From assembly GCA_964035545.1 (NCBI GenBank), contig OZ037765.1, forward strand, positions 21,637,504 to 21,701,503: DNA of 64,000 nt, written 5' to 3'. Position 1 is the stretch's first letter. Each line of letters opens with the position of its first letter. Shown here in pieces: positions 14,201 to 28,394 of the stretch. The stretch comes from Bugula neritina (Eukaryota > Animalia > Bryozoa). The translations under genes and the position numbers were made by a program. The notes under the pieces are model-generated. The model did no database searches, had not been told where the DNA came from, and was given only the letters and a program-made list of their open reading frames with translations.

Positions 14201-17200
14201 AAAAGCTTTCTGAATAGAAGATTTTATGAGCTTTAATTAGCAGTTTGTATTTGTACAACTTGTCAACTGGTAAAATGTCTGATTTCCTAAACAGGTCTTT
14301 AGAATGGTATCCAAAAGGCTTGCGGTGAATTATTCAAATTTCAAACCATACTTTAAAAAACGGAAGCTTATCCAATGACATAGCAGTATAGTGTTTAATA
14401 TCAGAATACATAGCTGGCAGATATTCTAGACATTTAGATGCTGCCTCAGCAATTCGCTTCAATCTCATACTCCACAATAGCGTAACATATACACAACATA
14501 TACACTTGTGAAATATACCAAATGTCTAGAAAACCTAAACCAGGTTATCCACAAATTACATATATTCCATATCAAGCTGTTCAACTAAAAGAGTGAAATA
14601 TAAACGAATCTTATATATTTTATAAGGAGAAGAATGACTTGTTTATAGCCATTTCAAACTTGTACCTCTAATCCAAATCGAATAAATCCGTAGTTGATGA
14701 GATATCCAATCAGTTCAATGAAGCTTGAATCTAAGTGTTTCTTCTTAATGCCAGGAAAGGTAACTCCAACAGGCATATTGCCGCCTTTATAGCAATAGTG
14801 GTCATGGAGTTTGAACAGGGCTAGAACCATGAGCGCCCCCAACACTGCCACATAACCCTGCAAGCAACACAAACTAATAAAAACTAATACAAATAAAGAC
14901 ATAGCATTCTAATTAACAGTCTGAAAAACAAAAAATATAACTAATTACAGCATTTTTGAAACTTTGTAGCAACCGTAATCAACGATAGAATGAAACTCAC
15001 TCCAATATAGTAAGGCAAAGAGTCTGTGTATTCACCAGTGTTTACTGGCAGTGTACGTAAACCTAGCCATTCAAAGCTGTCTTGCACGCCCTGGAAATGT
15101 TCATCTGTAGATGGTACAGTCATATTGCCCACAACATCCGTGCAGTTCTTCATAAGCAAAGACTTGGGCACTGTTTCCAGCTTTTCAATGATAAACAGAA
15201 AACTGACGTTATATTCTATACAAAACATCATCATGTAGTTTGCTTAAAGGTTCATCACAATGTTAAACATGCAATAGCCAAGTAGATAAAATAGCAGAAG
15301 CAAATTCAAATATATTTCCACGGCAAGACTCAAAGGCAAAAAATTTTACCTGAAATAACATCCGAGCCAGAATGATGATGCCAATCCAGAACTGAGCTGA
15401 CAACAGGCATATTTTATTCAGTTTGCTGACCGGATCAAAGAAAAGACTCAGATTGACTATTATAAGCAGCATAAGGCTGAGAGCTGATGCCTAAAACACA
15501 ACAAGATGGTCAGAGGAACATAGATATACAGTAACTCGGTGTACAAATAAGCAGTTCACAGGCTAGTAAAATAAAGATTACTGTCTATATTTCAAATCAT
15601 GGTTAGAAATTAGACACCTGCTAGTTGGAAAAATGTTTGATGAATAACAAAAACCTGTAAACACTAACAAGACTTTGATATATTCAACTTGGAAAGGAGA
15701 GCCAACCAGGATTTGACTACTTTTACTATGATAACATATAAATAAGAGTTATTAAGCTGCAAGATATACCTCTCTAGTGACAATCCAGCCAACACCAATA
15801 TATATTCCTTTATACATGTGTATAGTCATCAACCGGCATGTTGAATAAAATATACTACGGAAATGAGGCCGAATCCTGTAGTACAGGCCGACTATGTCCC
15901 CTACAAACCCTCCATATTCGCTATCTGAAACATTGTAACATAATCTTATACATTGAAAAGCCATAAACTACTAGATTAACAAACTAACAAACCAATCAAT
16001 AATAGATATAATACGGTTCCCACAAGTTTATAAAGAATATCGACTAGAACTTGCTAGTGTTAGTGAAATGCACTACCTTGAGGTTGTCCTTCAAATTCAC
16101 TCTGTGAATGAATCACTGCAGTCCTATAATAAAGACAAAATAAAACAAAAAATTTAAAGTTGCACTGAGAAACTCAAAGCTAAACGATATTCAAGTTACA
16201 AACTTTACAAGGACATCAGAACTAAACAGAACTTCTGATCTGACTGCTGAGCTATCAATATTAATAACACTTGTATAAATACTTGAAGTTACTCACAAAT
16301 AGTTGGGATGAGTAACTGCCATGAATCGCTTTTGGAAGATATGAAGTTGCAGCATTACAGCAATCAGCAAGAGTGCTGGAACTATGAGCCTGACTAGAAG
16401 CTTTAGACTGCCGTCTAAATCCTCCTGGTAGTTAATATTTGGGTTGAAACCCATGTCTTCCAACCTGAAACACGCAAATCCAAATCATGTGTTAGTTTTA
16501 CTACTCAACAAATACTTGTATAACATAATATAAAGCAGATATTATGACAAACAGAAGAGAGTTGGTTATTTTTACCATTTATCTTCCAGGCCAGTAGCAT
16601 TTTGGAAGCTGATGAGGACGTTGTGGAAAGAGAAGATATATATGATAAGCATTGCCAGGATAGAATAGATGGCCACTGTAACTAAAAAGACTTGTAATGT
16701 GCGTCTCCAGAACTTGTAGTTGAGCTACAATACATAAAGTAATCACCAAGTAAACAAAATAGTTATATTACTAATGAAATAGTAAAATTGTACGCTATTT
16801 TTTTCTTGTAACACATTTTTTAATGCCCCTCTACCGGAATAGGACAGAGGGGAGATAGGTGAGGAGCATAAAGAGAGCTATTCTACCATTTATCAAAGAT
16901 CCTGCCCGTTATGAAGTTGTCAATATAGAATCGGAAATCTTACACAAAAAACTAGTTTGAGCCAAAGCTAATAGTTTAGACTAGCAGGAAGAATAACTAA
17001 CCTGGAAGGTAATAGCGGAGAACAGAAAAAATATCATGTAAATGAGTCTGTATATATAAGGCTCCTGTATAGCCATCAATAGGAGGAGAATATAGAAGCC
17101 AATTATCCAGTATTTGCTGAACCATTCCACTATTTTATTACCTACAGATATGAAGACGTGATGCACATGTGTACATATAATGTATAATGTACACACACGT

Positions 17201-20200
17201 GCACGCACACACACAAACTTTGTAAACAAAAATTTTTCCAGACTACCAAATCTGCCATCTGCCGTCTTTCATTCTGCTTATTAACAAATAAAAATCAGAA
17301 TCTAATTCATACTTTGATTTGGCATGAAGAAAAATAACTACAAACTTAAATTACTTATTGTATTAAACAGAATAATGAAAAAACACAAATAGCTTAAATA
17401 TATATTTATATACAAGCACCTTAGGCAAACCCATGCGAAGTAGTAGAAGATGTTAATAAAAAACACTCGAGTGTTACACAAAGAAATACAATGCTGAAAC
17501 TCCACCATTTCAAAATGAGTTAGATTTGCAGAGTTAGTAAAATGCAAGCAAATAAGTAGCTTGTTAGTATACCTATGATTTGGAGATTGGCATTATCCAC
17601 GCTGTGAGCACGATTCATACGTGGAGTTCCCTCTAATAAATATATAGACTGGCATGCTAGAGATCATTGGGTTGTGCAGAGCATAGTAGATGTAAGGAAG
17701 ATTGCAAGTGAAATACATTTATTCAAAAAGATGCTGCATTTATAACACAGCCAAAGAAAACGCCAATAGCTAGGTCCCCATACTTCAAAGCAATGGAAGG
17801 TAATAATGTGCTGGAGCAACTGCAGCAAAATACTAAGCGATGCTCAGCTAATGGTCCAGAAGCTAATGTTATTGCTGTGCCAAGTAATGTACATTGATAC
17901 TAGAGAGAGTTTGTCATGGGTTTTTGCCGTTCTAACACTAAAGTATTCCACTAGTTGGCAGATTATGGAGGACTGTCTATAGTTGAAGGTCAGTTGCTCA
18001 AAATTATACAGGTACTCAAGATACTGGAGCCGTAATACTTCATAAAATTACTAGAAAAAATAATTGTACTTGTAGTATTCTAGTACCAGTAATACATTTG
18101 GAACGCAGTAGTATCTGTGTACCAAAGAGTAGGATATTGTATCCCAGCACTGCTGGACACTGTATTTAAAAATCTAAATATAGTATAAACTTCAAAGTAA
18201 ATTAAAATTACATCTTCATAAATGAATTCTATATTCTATTCTTGGATCTAGTATTTTCTTGTTGATGAAAATCAATGCCTTTATATTTTGAGAAACATAG
18301 GCGACAATGATGAAAAATATACTGCTTTTATGAGAAAAATGACTGATTTTAATTTTTAAAGCATAATAGCAGTGAATTTTTTATCAAAATATAAGAAGCT
18401 TGTAGTTGGATTATACCACATATGGTATATGCACATAAAGAGATTTAACCAAAAACCAGCCCAATAAGCTGAGTGCAAACAGGTTAAAGCATGGGAAGCA
18501 ACAGATAGTGATAGGGGGAAAGTAAGAGCCATGTATTACCACCATCAGGAGAGGATATGCCGCTTCCATTGATAGGAGAAAGGCATAGACCTTCTTCATT
18601 GCGTTCACCCCTGAGACAGTTTTCACGACGAAGCTCTCTCAACACCACACAGAATGACATAGTGAACAGGATCTGTAATGCCAACATGTTGTCTGAAAGC
18701 TCACTTTAACACCTTATTTTAAATAAGTTTTACTTTTTTTTAACAAAACTGATACTAAATTAATCACACACACACACTACGTTTCCAAGGCTTTGCATTA
18801 GTTGAATAGATTTTCCATTCCATGTTTGGAAGCAGAGCAATGGAAACGCAGTGATAGTAAAACTATGTGAGCAACAAACTAGGCAAGATATACTACCAAC
18901 CGTTATTATTTAAACTACATTTCTAGGTTTTCATTAACATTGTCAAAACAATGAGAATGAAGGAACTCCAAATTATATAAACTTATTCTGTTAGTAAATA
19001 AAATATTTGCCTGCCTACGAAGTATAACCTATAATTAATTTTGCTTCATGAGTTTGCTAACACCATGAGAAATTTTTCACCCTGTAAAATATGCAACAAT
19101 ACGCACCTTCATCATGATTGCTACTGCAGGGTAAGTGTTTCTTGTAAGACCAATGGAAGGTATTATAAAGTTGTCTGATACATTGAAGAAGAGAGTTGTG
19201 TTGTAATCCGTGCCACCAAAATTAATGGCGCAGACATACTGAAGGATGGTGAGGGACACAGCATAGGTCACCAACAGCGGTGAACATATCAGAGATGCTT
19301 TGCGAGAATTCGGGAACACCCATAGCATACAGCCGAGTATGAGAAAGACAAACGCTGTCCAACTTGGGTAGATAACAGACCAAAACTATAAAAATTAAAA
19401 TCAATTAAAATAACAAGAACAAAAAATGTGTATAAATATTAGAAATACTTTTAAATAATTTGAGAAGTAGATTTTTGAAAAGACAGAAATTACAGGTATG
19501 ATAAACTCACAAGCATAGCACAGAAGGCTAGCAAATAGCTGTTTCTAAGGACAAAATTGTAGATGGTGACCCAAACTTTTCTGACTTGCTGTGAATTGCC
19601 CAGGTCAGTTTCATCAGCATTATTCTCACCATCCTCTTGTGGTTCAGATTGCAGACCTTCATTGGTTACCACAGACTCGTAGTTGGGTTGCCTATCTACT
19701 GTCAACAGCTGCAAAAATAAATTATTCATAATCTCAGGATATGACCATTTAAAGAGCAATAGAGAAGTCATTGTACAGATTTTAAGTCCATGACACAAAG
19801 CTTGAGCTGAATCTATTAGGCAACATGGATTAGCCACATACAATATCATAGCTTATACCAACTCCCATATTCCAGCTGCAAGTGACTTGGCTAGAATAAC
19901 ATACTTTTATAAAAAGTTTATAGATGCTGATTCATTTGAATTGGATTAGAGCAAATCTAGCTGATATTGTGCACATGGTGAACATCACTTAGAAGCAGTA
20001 GTGGAGAAATTGAGATAGCCTAAGTTCTTTAATTTCCTTATTAAATTTTGGCTTGGGGCACAACTTCTTTTGCTTCACTTCTAATCTAAAACACAGGCTT
20101 TTCCCAATTTCTTCATTACTGTACCAAACTCGTAAACATAAAGCAAACTAATCTTCATGATCTACAGGATAATTTTCCTGAACAACAAAATTATTTGTAA

Positions 20201-23200
20201 GTGTATTCTATGTAAAAAGTGCACATAACTCATCATTAACATTACAATAACTAACATAACCAGCAACATGAAGAGGACATCAACCAGCAACAGAGTTTAC
20301 ACTTGTGACCAGCATAATTTAATACCAGTGAATCACACAATCATGATATTATAAGTTAAAAAACAGTGGTCAAATACTTTTGTTACTGGATAAGTGAAAT
20401 GAGATCTACACAAGGAAATTCGAAGCAATAGCTGCTTGGACTTGATGACCTAATGCCACGCAGCCATGTTGTGGCCTTATAAAAAGTTCGATATTTATCA
20501 AGTACAGCCAACGCGGTAAAAATATATTCTTTTTGAATTTAGGAAAACAAAATGTTCAAAAATTTCAATGTTAAAAAACTTTTACCTCACTACATATATC
20601 ATGAAGTTCAATTGCCTGGTAGGTAAATGTTGGGTAAATACAGTAAATCTCAAACTTTCTAGAGATATTATAAACAAGTTTTTAGGCAAGTAGAAGACTA
20701 GTTCAACGCATAAAGGAGGTGCAATTGGTTTGAAAATTGAAATCAACAGGATTGGTACCAACACCCCAATTAGGCAGTACTTTTTCAAAAGCAAATAAAA
20801 CGATTTGCTAGCAGAACTAAATCATTGCTTTATATTTCATTCGTTTATTGAACAGCTAGTGATAACCCCACAACATTTCCTGCGCACAAAGACTAACTAC
20901 TATTTAAAATAAGCGACAAAACCGAACCTGGTTTTCAGAACTCCTTAAGAACTCACTACGTCCAATTGGGCTTCGAAGGCTAGAGCCTGCATCCTGCCAC
21001 AGTGAAAACATTTCATTGATAAGCATAGGAGAGAAACACACCAATAATTCATATACATTGTGCAGACTGTGGGTTATCTAATGCACACATGCAACCCAAT
21101 ACGTATACAGTGTATAAACTATAACGCACACACATGATAGTATAAACTTTAAGCACCAAGTCTATGGCTATCAGGTGGACAACACAGCTGTATTCATAGT
21201 TGTGTGCATGAAGGTAGCCATTACTTAGGTGTACAAGCCATTTTACATTCACTTCAATTTTTAAAACAACATCTGAGACAGAGAGGAATAAAGCAGAAGA
21301 TGTGGTGTTAGTGTAGACTGTAGAGATTGCAGCGTTTCAAATAAATAACCAGCTCACAGAAACATAAAGTTATCACGTGTGACACAGACATATTACAGTA
21401 TTCACACAAGCTACTAGATATCCTGTCAAAAAGATAACACTCCATAAACACACTTGAAGCAAACACGAAATATTTACACGTAACACGCTATATGCTAGTA
21501 GATAAGAATGAAAAATAGATTCCTATGAAGATAACTAGATTATTTTCAAACAAGCTTGCACATTGACAAAAAGATGAATATTGTTTTCAACTTATTCTTC
21601 AATTCAATATAGAACAAAAAGATGGAAGAGGGATAGAATAACATAGCAATAGTATCACAACGATGACCATAATTAGCTCTAGAATATAGTGCAGACACTT
21701 GCTACTGCATACATTGTGAAGAAAGGAGAATGCACTATGGCAAGACTGTCGTAGCACTGCATTCCATTAGCCAATAGTTGTGTACAGCACAAAAGCCTGG
21801 GCCTATGCAGTGCTAATAACTATAGCATCATTACCTGAACTTCCAGTACTATCTAATTGGTGATGAGACAACATTTTAATATGCATGCTTTATTATGGTA
21901 CCACCATGCATTGATAGATATTATATATCATACCCTATATCTTAACACTACTTCGCAATTATTAAAAGATAGTAAGTCTAAGTCTAAAGGTACAACTATT
22001 GCACACTTAGCAGAACATTGGCATTGAATGACTATGCAAATGCCTCAGTTAGCAGTAGCTGCTTGTAACTCTACCTTGAAATTCAACACATTCAGTCAGA
22101 CCTGGCACAAGCTGGAGCATTAAAAACTATACAGTCTGAGATTGAAACGAGGGAGAGGTGGATAGCACTTGGAGCAACTCAAGACACACTCTAGCATCTT
22201 CAAGTCGCACTGTCACACCCTCAAGTAACACAATAAGAGAAGAGAGAAACCTTACATCTATTACTCACCATTTTACTTCGGTGATATGCAATATCCATGG
22301 AAAGGGCAATAAATGTGCAGAATAATGCTATTGGATTGGCAAAATATGGCCAGGAATGAGGCAGTATTGAAACACTCCATGGCTCACTGCAGCTTGTAGA
22401 AAACAATGGTGTCATCCCTAACAATCTACAACACAGATTGCTGACCTTAACCCTGGACCTAGCATTTATAGGATATTAATATTTAACTCATTCGAATATA
22501 CTGTTGCGTTGGTAAAACTGTAGCAAAAGTTAGAACTGTTTTACATTCCGAATATAATTAGTATATATTGCTGCGCATAGCTTTCCATTTCTCTTCACAT
22601 TTCCTCATATGCTGGGAGTGTGCTTGTGTAACAATTGCAACTGAATCTTTGTAGCAGCAAAAAAGGAAAAACATTCAGATATAAATCTAAAACTGATAAA
22701 AAAACATGCTAGTTATGTTAAACATCACCACAATATTCCAACTGATGACTACTCAGGGAATAATTAGGTCAATAAAAATATTGTGATATATCTCTACATG
22801 AAGGGATGACTGCATTATTTAGCAACTGTTATAAATATTCATGCCTTTAGAGAAACCATTATATACACTGAATATACACTAATACAGTACCTGTTATAGA
22901 ACATGTTCCCTGGAACAGTTAACCAAGAGCTCAAGAAGTTGAGTTGACAGAGATACAGCAAGAGCATGTGGAATATCAGGTATGCGAATACAACCATCTT
23001 CAGCAATGCATAGGGTGTAGTCTTGAAAGCAAAATGTAGAGACCAACACAGGAGGATTCCAAAGAATACAAGAAAGTAGAATGCAGATATCACAGAGGGC
23101 AGCATAGCACCAGAGACTCCTGAAATAATAACCGGCAGCATTATATGTAGACAGCACTATACTTAGACAGCATCATACAATAACTACAATAACAACCTAT

Positions 23201-24757
23201 CAGCTATCTCAAAACCAACAGTCAAGGATGAGTACCTAGCAGTAGAAATATCGTTACTTCTCCAAATGTCTCCACATATTTCTTTACAACCCCAGAGTTG
23301 TTGGCCTCTGTGGAGTTTGCTGGCTGGGTGGTGGGCAAATCAGCAGAGTTTGTTAAATGTTTGAGTACTTTGAAGGTGATGATGGCAACCAGCAGCAAAA
23401 CGCCATCGGGCAGCAGAAGTCTGACAGACTGATATGCCTCAGCGGGAGGGGCATCGACCCTACAGGTAGAGACTTGTTGTATCTAATTGAACTGCACTGA
23501 AAGTGAAGCTGACATGATATTCATCTCCAAACAGCTGCTCCAAAGAACTTATGAATTTAGTTGTTGTGAAAAACACAAGTTAGCATGATAAACAGAACTT
23601 CTTAACCTAGCCCTATGAATCCTATTGAGGGTAAAATAAGAAAGTAAAGCTGGTTTGTCTTGCTATACTCTGATACACAAATGAATGCACTGTTTGAACT
23701 AAAAGCTCTTTAAATTTCATTGACATAAATAATCTTGCCAAGCATTACCTTTTAACTATAAATAAAATTAAAAGATCTATATAACAAAATCCTTAATTTA
23801 TTACAACAAAAATCTATAATGATTCCATTATTATTAAAAATTTCATACCTTTGAAAACCAATTAGCTGCAATACATCTGTGAGCTGACCTAAAACACATT
23901 AGCAAATCAGTAAGCTTCAGTGCATACTACAATATTCAGTCAAACCTATGGTAAAGTGGGACTCACTATCACATTACAAAAGCTTCACTAGAGTTATAAA
24001 ATTTAAAAAATAACTTTAGCCATTATATTTCCTCATAAACAAAACTTATAAATAGTTAGATGACATGTGTAAAGTTAAGTAAATCTTACAGGAATTGGTG
24101 CTGGCAACCAGCACGTCTCCGTAATGTTCCTGATGAACAACAGCATATAGACCAAGGTATAAGTGGAAAATAGCCTGTGCCACAACTACCAGGCAGCTGT
24201 ACACCAGCACAGCTACTATGTATCCATAGAATGGACCTGTCAAATAGAACTTAATACTAGAACTGAAAATAGTATAACTTAACAGAAATTTTTTTTTTTA
24301 TTGACCCAACTGAAATTGTTACACACTTTTTTGAAAAACATTAATGACCATAGCATATGTATGATTGGTGAGTCATAGTAGATGATGAACATCTTACCAG
24401 TAAATGCATGCTTGTTTCGAGGAATAACTGGTGAAATCAGCAACAATATGAAGTATATCAATGATATTATATTCTGTCTCAAAACTGCAGCTAAAAACAG
24501 AAAATGGATAAATAAAGTAAAAAAATTGAGAGCAAATAGCTATTATATGCTGTAAAATTTTTCTAATATTGAAATTTAAACTTTTGGAAAGACAGTGCGA
24601 TGAGTAAGCATTTGCCCCACTAGAAGAGGCCTACAAAGTTATATATTCTTGATTCAACAGTGCAGATACTTGACCTACCTGCCAATAATGAAAGAGGTAT
24701 TAGTATGCGTCCCAGTAATATGTGCACCACTGCCTTTCCTTTAGATATTTCAGCCAT
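726..24757 (-). CDS. Piezo: Piezo-type mechanosensitive ion channel, multi-exon; final exon lies outside the window
   Basis: ATG at 24757 (MAEISKGKAVVHILLGRILIPLSLLAA). Dozens of spliced hydrophobic exons carry Piezo motifs: LCHDYPW, WDIVCFTLLLVQRRIFMS, IDRALYL, LSAWQIKSGYP, PFEW motif CPFLLELRCVMDW, KYGLGG..IIWFPL, and pore/CTD GIIGLY...LPNVDRI...LEEELFAKLIYIYR (exon 726-932, ending at a GT donor). Confidence 0.97.
3625..4730. repeat. 14-bp minisatellite (GTATGAGTAGTATA and variants), roughly 75-80 copies, filling one Piezo intron
   Basis: Unit visible directly. The ORF track shows a 14-aa period (YYSYYTTHTILLIL = 3 units). Host intron is 3587-4746. Confidence 0.95.
5330..5610. repeat. Degenerate direct duplication (about 170-bp spacing) in a Piezo intron
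   Basis: aatccatttaactggcacctttctgaaaaattgactgaacaaaagcat (~5352) versus aatccgtttaacttgtacctttcaaaaaagttgacagaaaaaagcat (~5522). Confidence 0.75.
8249..8388. repeat. Imperfect (GT)n microsatellite
   Basis: Directly visible in a Piezo intron. Confidence 0.95.
13830..14330 (-). mobile_element. 5'-truncated LINE 3' end (CR1/L2-group-like) in a Piezo intron
   Basis: ORF2-like C-terminus ...HSHYTTR...GQRTSNYVISALWNKLPKFLK...FKAELRHHL* (stop at 14004), then a GC-richer 3' UTR with GGGCCC/GGGCCT stem potential and an A13 tail at about 13830-13842. Confidence 0.75.
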
Positions 24758-26884
24758 TATTTATCTCAAAATGTTTTTCTATATTCCATTATTGAATTTT
24801 CGTCTCCAGGTAAACTGTTACGACATTTCAAATTGAAGCCTTCAAAAGGATTACAAACTGTTCGTTTTCAACAACCTACATTAGAATTTGAACCAACCCA
24901 AGATTGAAAATTACCCCTAGTATCTAATATGGATTTGTCTAAAATAGCAAACTCAAAACTAAAAATATGACATTACCCTAAACAGAAGTAGGAAATAGTG
25001 ACATACAACATAATCACAAACATTTCTTAAGCTTAACTATTATGCTAAAAAGTAGTCCTAATGACTTTATCTTGCAACAAGCTTCGCAAAAGTACCAACA
25101 AAGTTTGTCAAAATTAAGAGAGGTATAAATAGTAATGATGAATCTTTGATAATCATTCTGAGTTTATAAATTTAGTGTAAACTAAAAAAACTCATGCAAT
25201 AAATATCAAGCAAATACTTGGTGTAGTTTACTTTTTATATCACGAAGGCAAAGCATCTTTCTATTACTATAATTAGTAGTAGGTTTTTCACATATCTTGT
25301 AACTATTATCACTGTTGCAAAGTAGTATGAACCAGTACATCTATCACCAGTATTACCATATAAAGAGCACATAACTGAGATCTTCAAGTTTAGCAGAAAC
25401 AGTTATTGTTAAGGATTAGTGAGTATTTGAAATTAGGACTAAAATATAAAATTAAATAAAAATATGCACACCTTTCAAAGCAGCTGTTAAAAACTGTATT
25501 GCTGTGGAGTTTAGGATTGTGACAACTAGTACTTCATTATGATCATCATTATGATTATGATTATCATACCCTTAGTAATTGTAGTAGGCTAATACCTATA
25601 ATGTTGCAAGAATTAACAGCTCTACTTTTAGTAACACTCACTCCCAATTAGGCAATTGTCAACAGGCAATTGTTAACGTGCAAAGTAAAAAGCCAAGAGT
25701 AAAAAAGTATAGAACTTCTAATGACTAATACTAATAGTAATAGTAATTTTATATTCCTACAAATGTAAAAGTATACAGTATCACTAGGAGTAGGACTATG
25801 AGTATGACAATGCAATAACTATAAGTAACAGCTAGTAATTTATAATTAACTTCAAACAATGCTCATATTGCCAATCTTTTATTTTGTAACCTCAAGTTTC
25901 TTATCCAATAATAAATTTAGTACTACTAGTACTAGTACTATTACTACTAGTACTACTAGTAGTAGTGGTGGTAGTAATGGTAGTAGTAGTGTTAGTAGCA
26001 GCAGCAGCAGCAGCAGCACTGTCAGTGTCACTAACACTAGCGACTAGCAGCACACTGCACAGGCAGTGGCACTAGCAGCAAACTAGTACTCACTGACACT
26101 CACACTGACCCTGAGTCAATACGTCTACTAAAACTAGGTCGAAAGGGTACCCGTACTGTAAGTGTAACAGTAGTAACTAGCATTGGCTGAGCTTCAATTC
26201 AAAAACTTGATTCGAGTTAAATTTTAAATTGAGTGCCAGTGAGAGCAATATGAATATGTGGTCAATTAGTATTACATTGAATGCCGAAGTAAAATCTTGT
26301 AGTGCAAAACCTAATCTACGGGAAACACGACACAGCGGCTTCTCGTACATGCTCCGAAATACTTTAGAGTTTAGTTCATTTACTACACATGAATTAAATT
26401 ATTGCTTTAGCATACTAAAACACCATTCAAATCGTTGAAGTATAACTAGACTAGGGCAGTGTGGTATATTTAAGAGTGTTGCCATTAGCAAATCTTACGG
26501 AATCATATGGGCGCCATTATGCCGAGATTGGTACCGCGAGTTTATATAAGTTATAAAGGAAAAATTTTGCCACTTTTGTTATTTTATTTTTTTTCTATTT
26601 TATGTGTACATTTTTTTTATTGGTAAAGTTTTTAAACACATTTTTAATGCATATAAAATCAAAAAAAAAATTAAAACTCAATCATGCACATAAATACAAA
26701 GCTATAAAGTTAAAGCTTCGCTGTGATTTTTATGTGAATATGAATTGAATAATGCTTGCAATAACCATTATACACAAAATACGTTACAGTTGCTATAAAT
26801 GTAAGACTAGTTAATTGGATGCAAATAGGCACGGTAATACTACTTAATTTATGCTATTTTTGAAATTTGTAGTAAATATTTGGC

Positions 26885-26887
<3 letters not shown>

Positions 26888-26957
<70 letters not shown>

Positions 26958-27184
26958 TTATATATATATATAATATATAATATTATTATATGTATATATA
27001 TATAGATTATATATAATATCATTATATATATAAAATGTATATAATTTAATATATAATATAATAATATATTATATATGATATTATTATATATATAATATAA
27101 TATATAATATAATAATATATTATATATATTATATATGATATTATTATATATATAATATATATATAATATAATATATAATATAAT

Positions 27185-27227
<43 letters not shown>

Positions 27228-28193
27228 GATATTATTATATATATATAATATATAATATATTAATGTATAATATATTATTATAATATATATATATATATAT
27301 ATCATATATAATATAATATATAATATATTATATATGATATTATATATGTATAATATATATATAATATAATATATAATATATTAATATATAATATATTATT
27401 AAAATATATATATATATATTATTATAATGTATATATATATATTATATATAATATTATTATACTTGTATAATATATATATAATATAATATAATATATAATA
27501 TATAATAACATATAATATATTATTATAATATATATATATATATTATAAATAATATAATATAATAATATATTATATATAATATAATATATAATATAATAAT
27601 ATATAATATATTATTAAAATATATATATATATATTATTATAATATATATATATATATATATTATATATAATATTATTATACTTGTATAATATATATATAT
27701 AATATAATATAATATATAATAATATATAATATATTATTATAATATATATATATATTATAAATAATATAATATAATAATATATTTTATATGATATTATATA
27801 TATATTATATATATATAATATAATATATAATATATTATTCTAATATATATATATATTATTATAATATATATATATTATATATAATATTATTATACTTGTA
27901 TAATATATATATATAATATAATATAATATATAATATATAATAATATATAATATATTATTATAATATATATATATATTTTGTAAATAATATAATATAATAA
28001 TATATTTTATATGATATTATATATATATATAATATATATATAATATAATATATAATATAATAATATATTATATCATTATATCATATAATATTTTATTATA
28101 ATATATATGTATTATATATAATATTATTATACTTATATAATATATATATAATATAACAATATATAATATAAAAATATATAATATATTATTATA

Positions 28194-28288
<95 letters not shown>
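26888..28288. repeat. 1.4-kb near-pure A/T core: (TA)n ends with a higher-order ~220-bp repeat inside
   Basis: Almost no G/C. The anchor attattatactt(g/a)tataat recurs at about 27462, 27681, 27895 and 28132. Confidence 0.9.
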
Positions 28289-28289
<1 letters not shown>

Positions 28290-28394
28290 CATGCCGAATA
28301 TTTACTACAAATTTCAAAAATAGCATAAATTAAATAGTATTACCGTGCCTATTTGCATCCAATTTACTAGTCTTACATTTATAGCAACTGTAAC

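Noticed and set aside
16820-16945. Two-hairpin intronic segment resembling an H/ACA snoRNA
   Set aside because: No properly placed H box (ANANNA) or terminal ACA on the sense strand.
28068-28292. YIYIYI ORF; likewise the poly-T/S/A/I ORFs at 25859, 32666, 33072 and 59581
   Set aside because: Translations of simple or periodic repeats.
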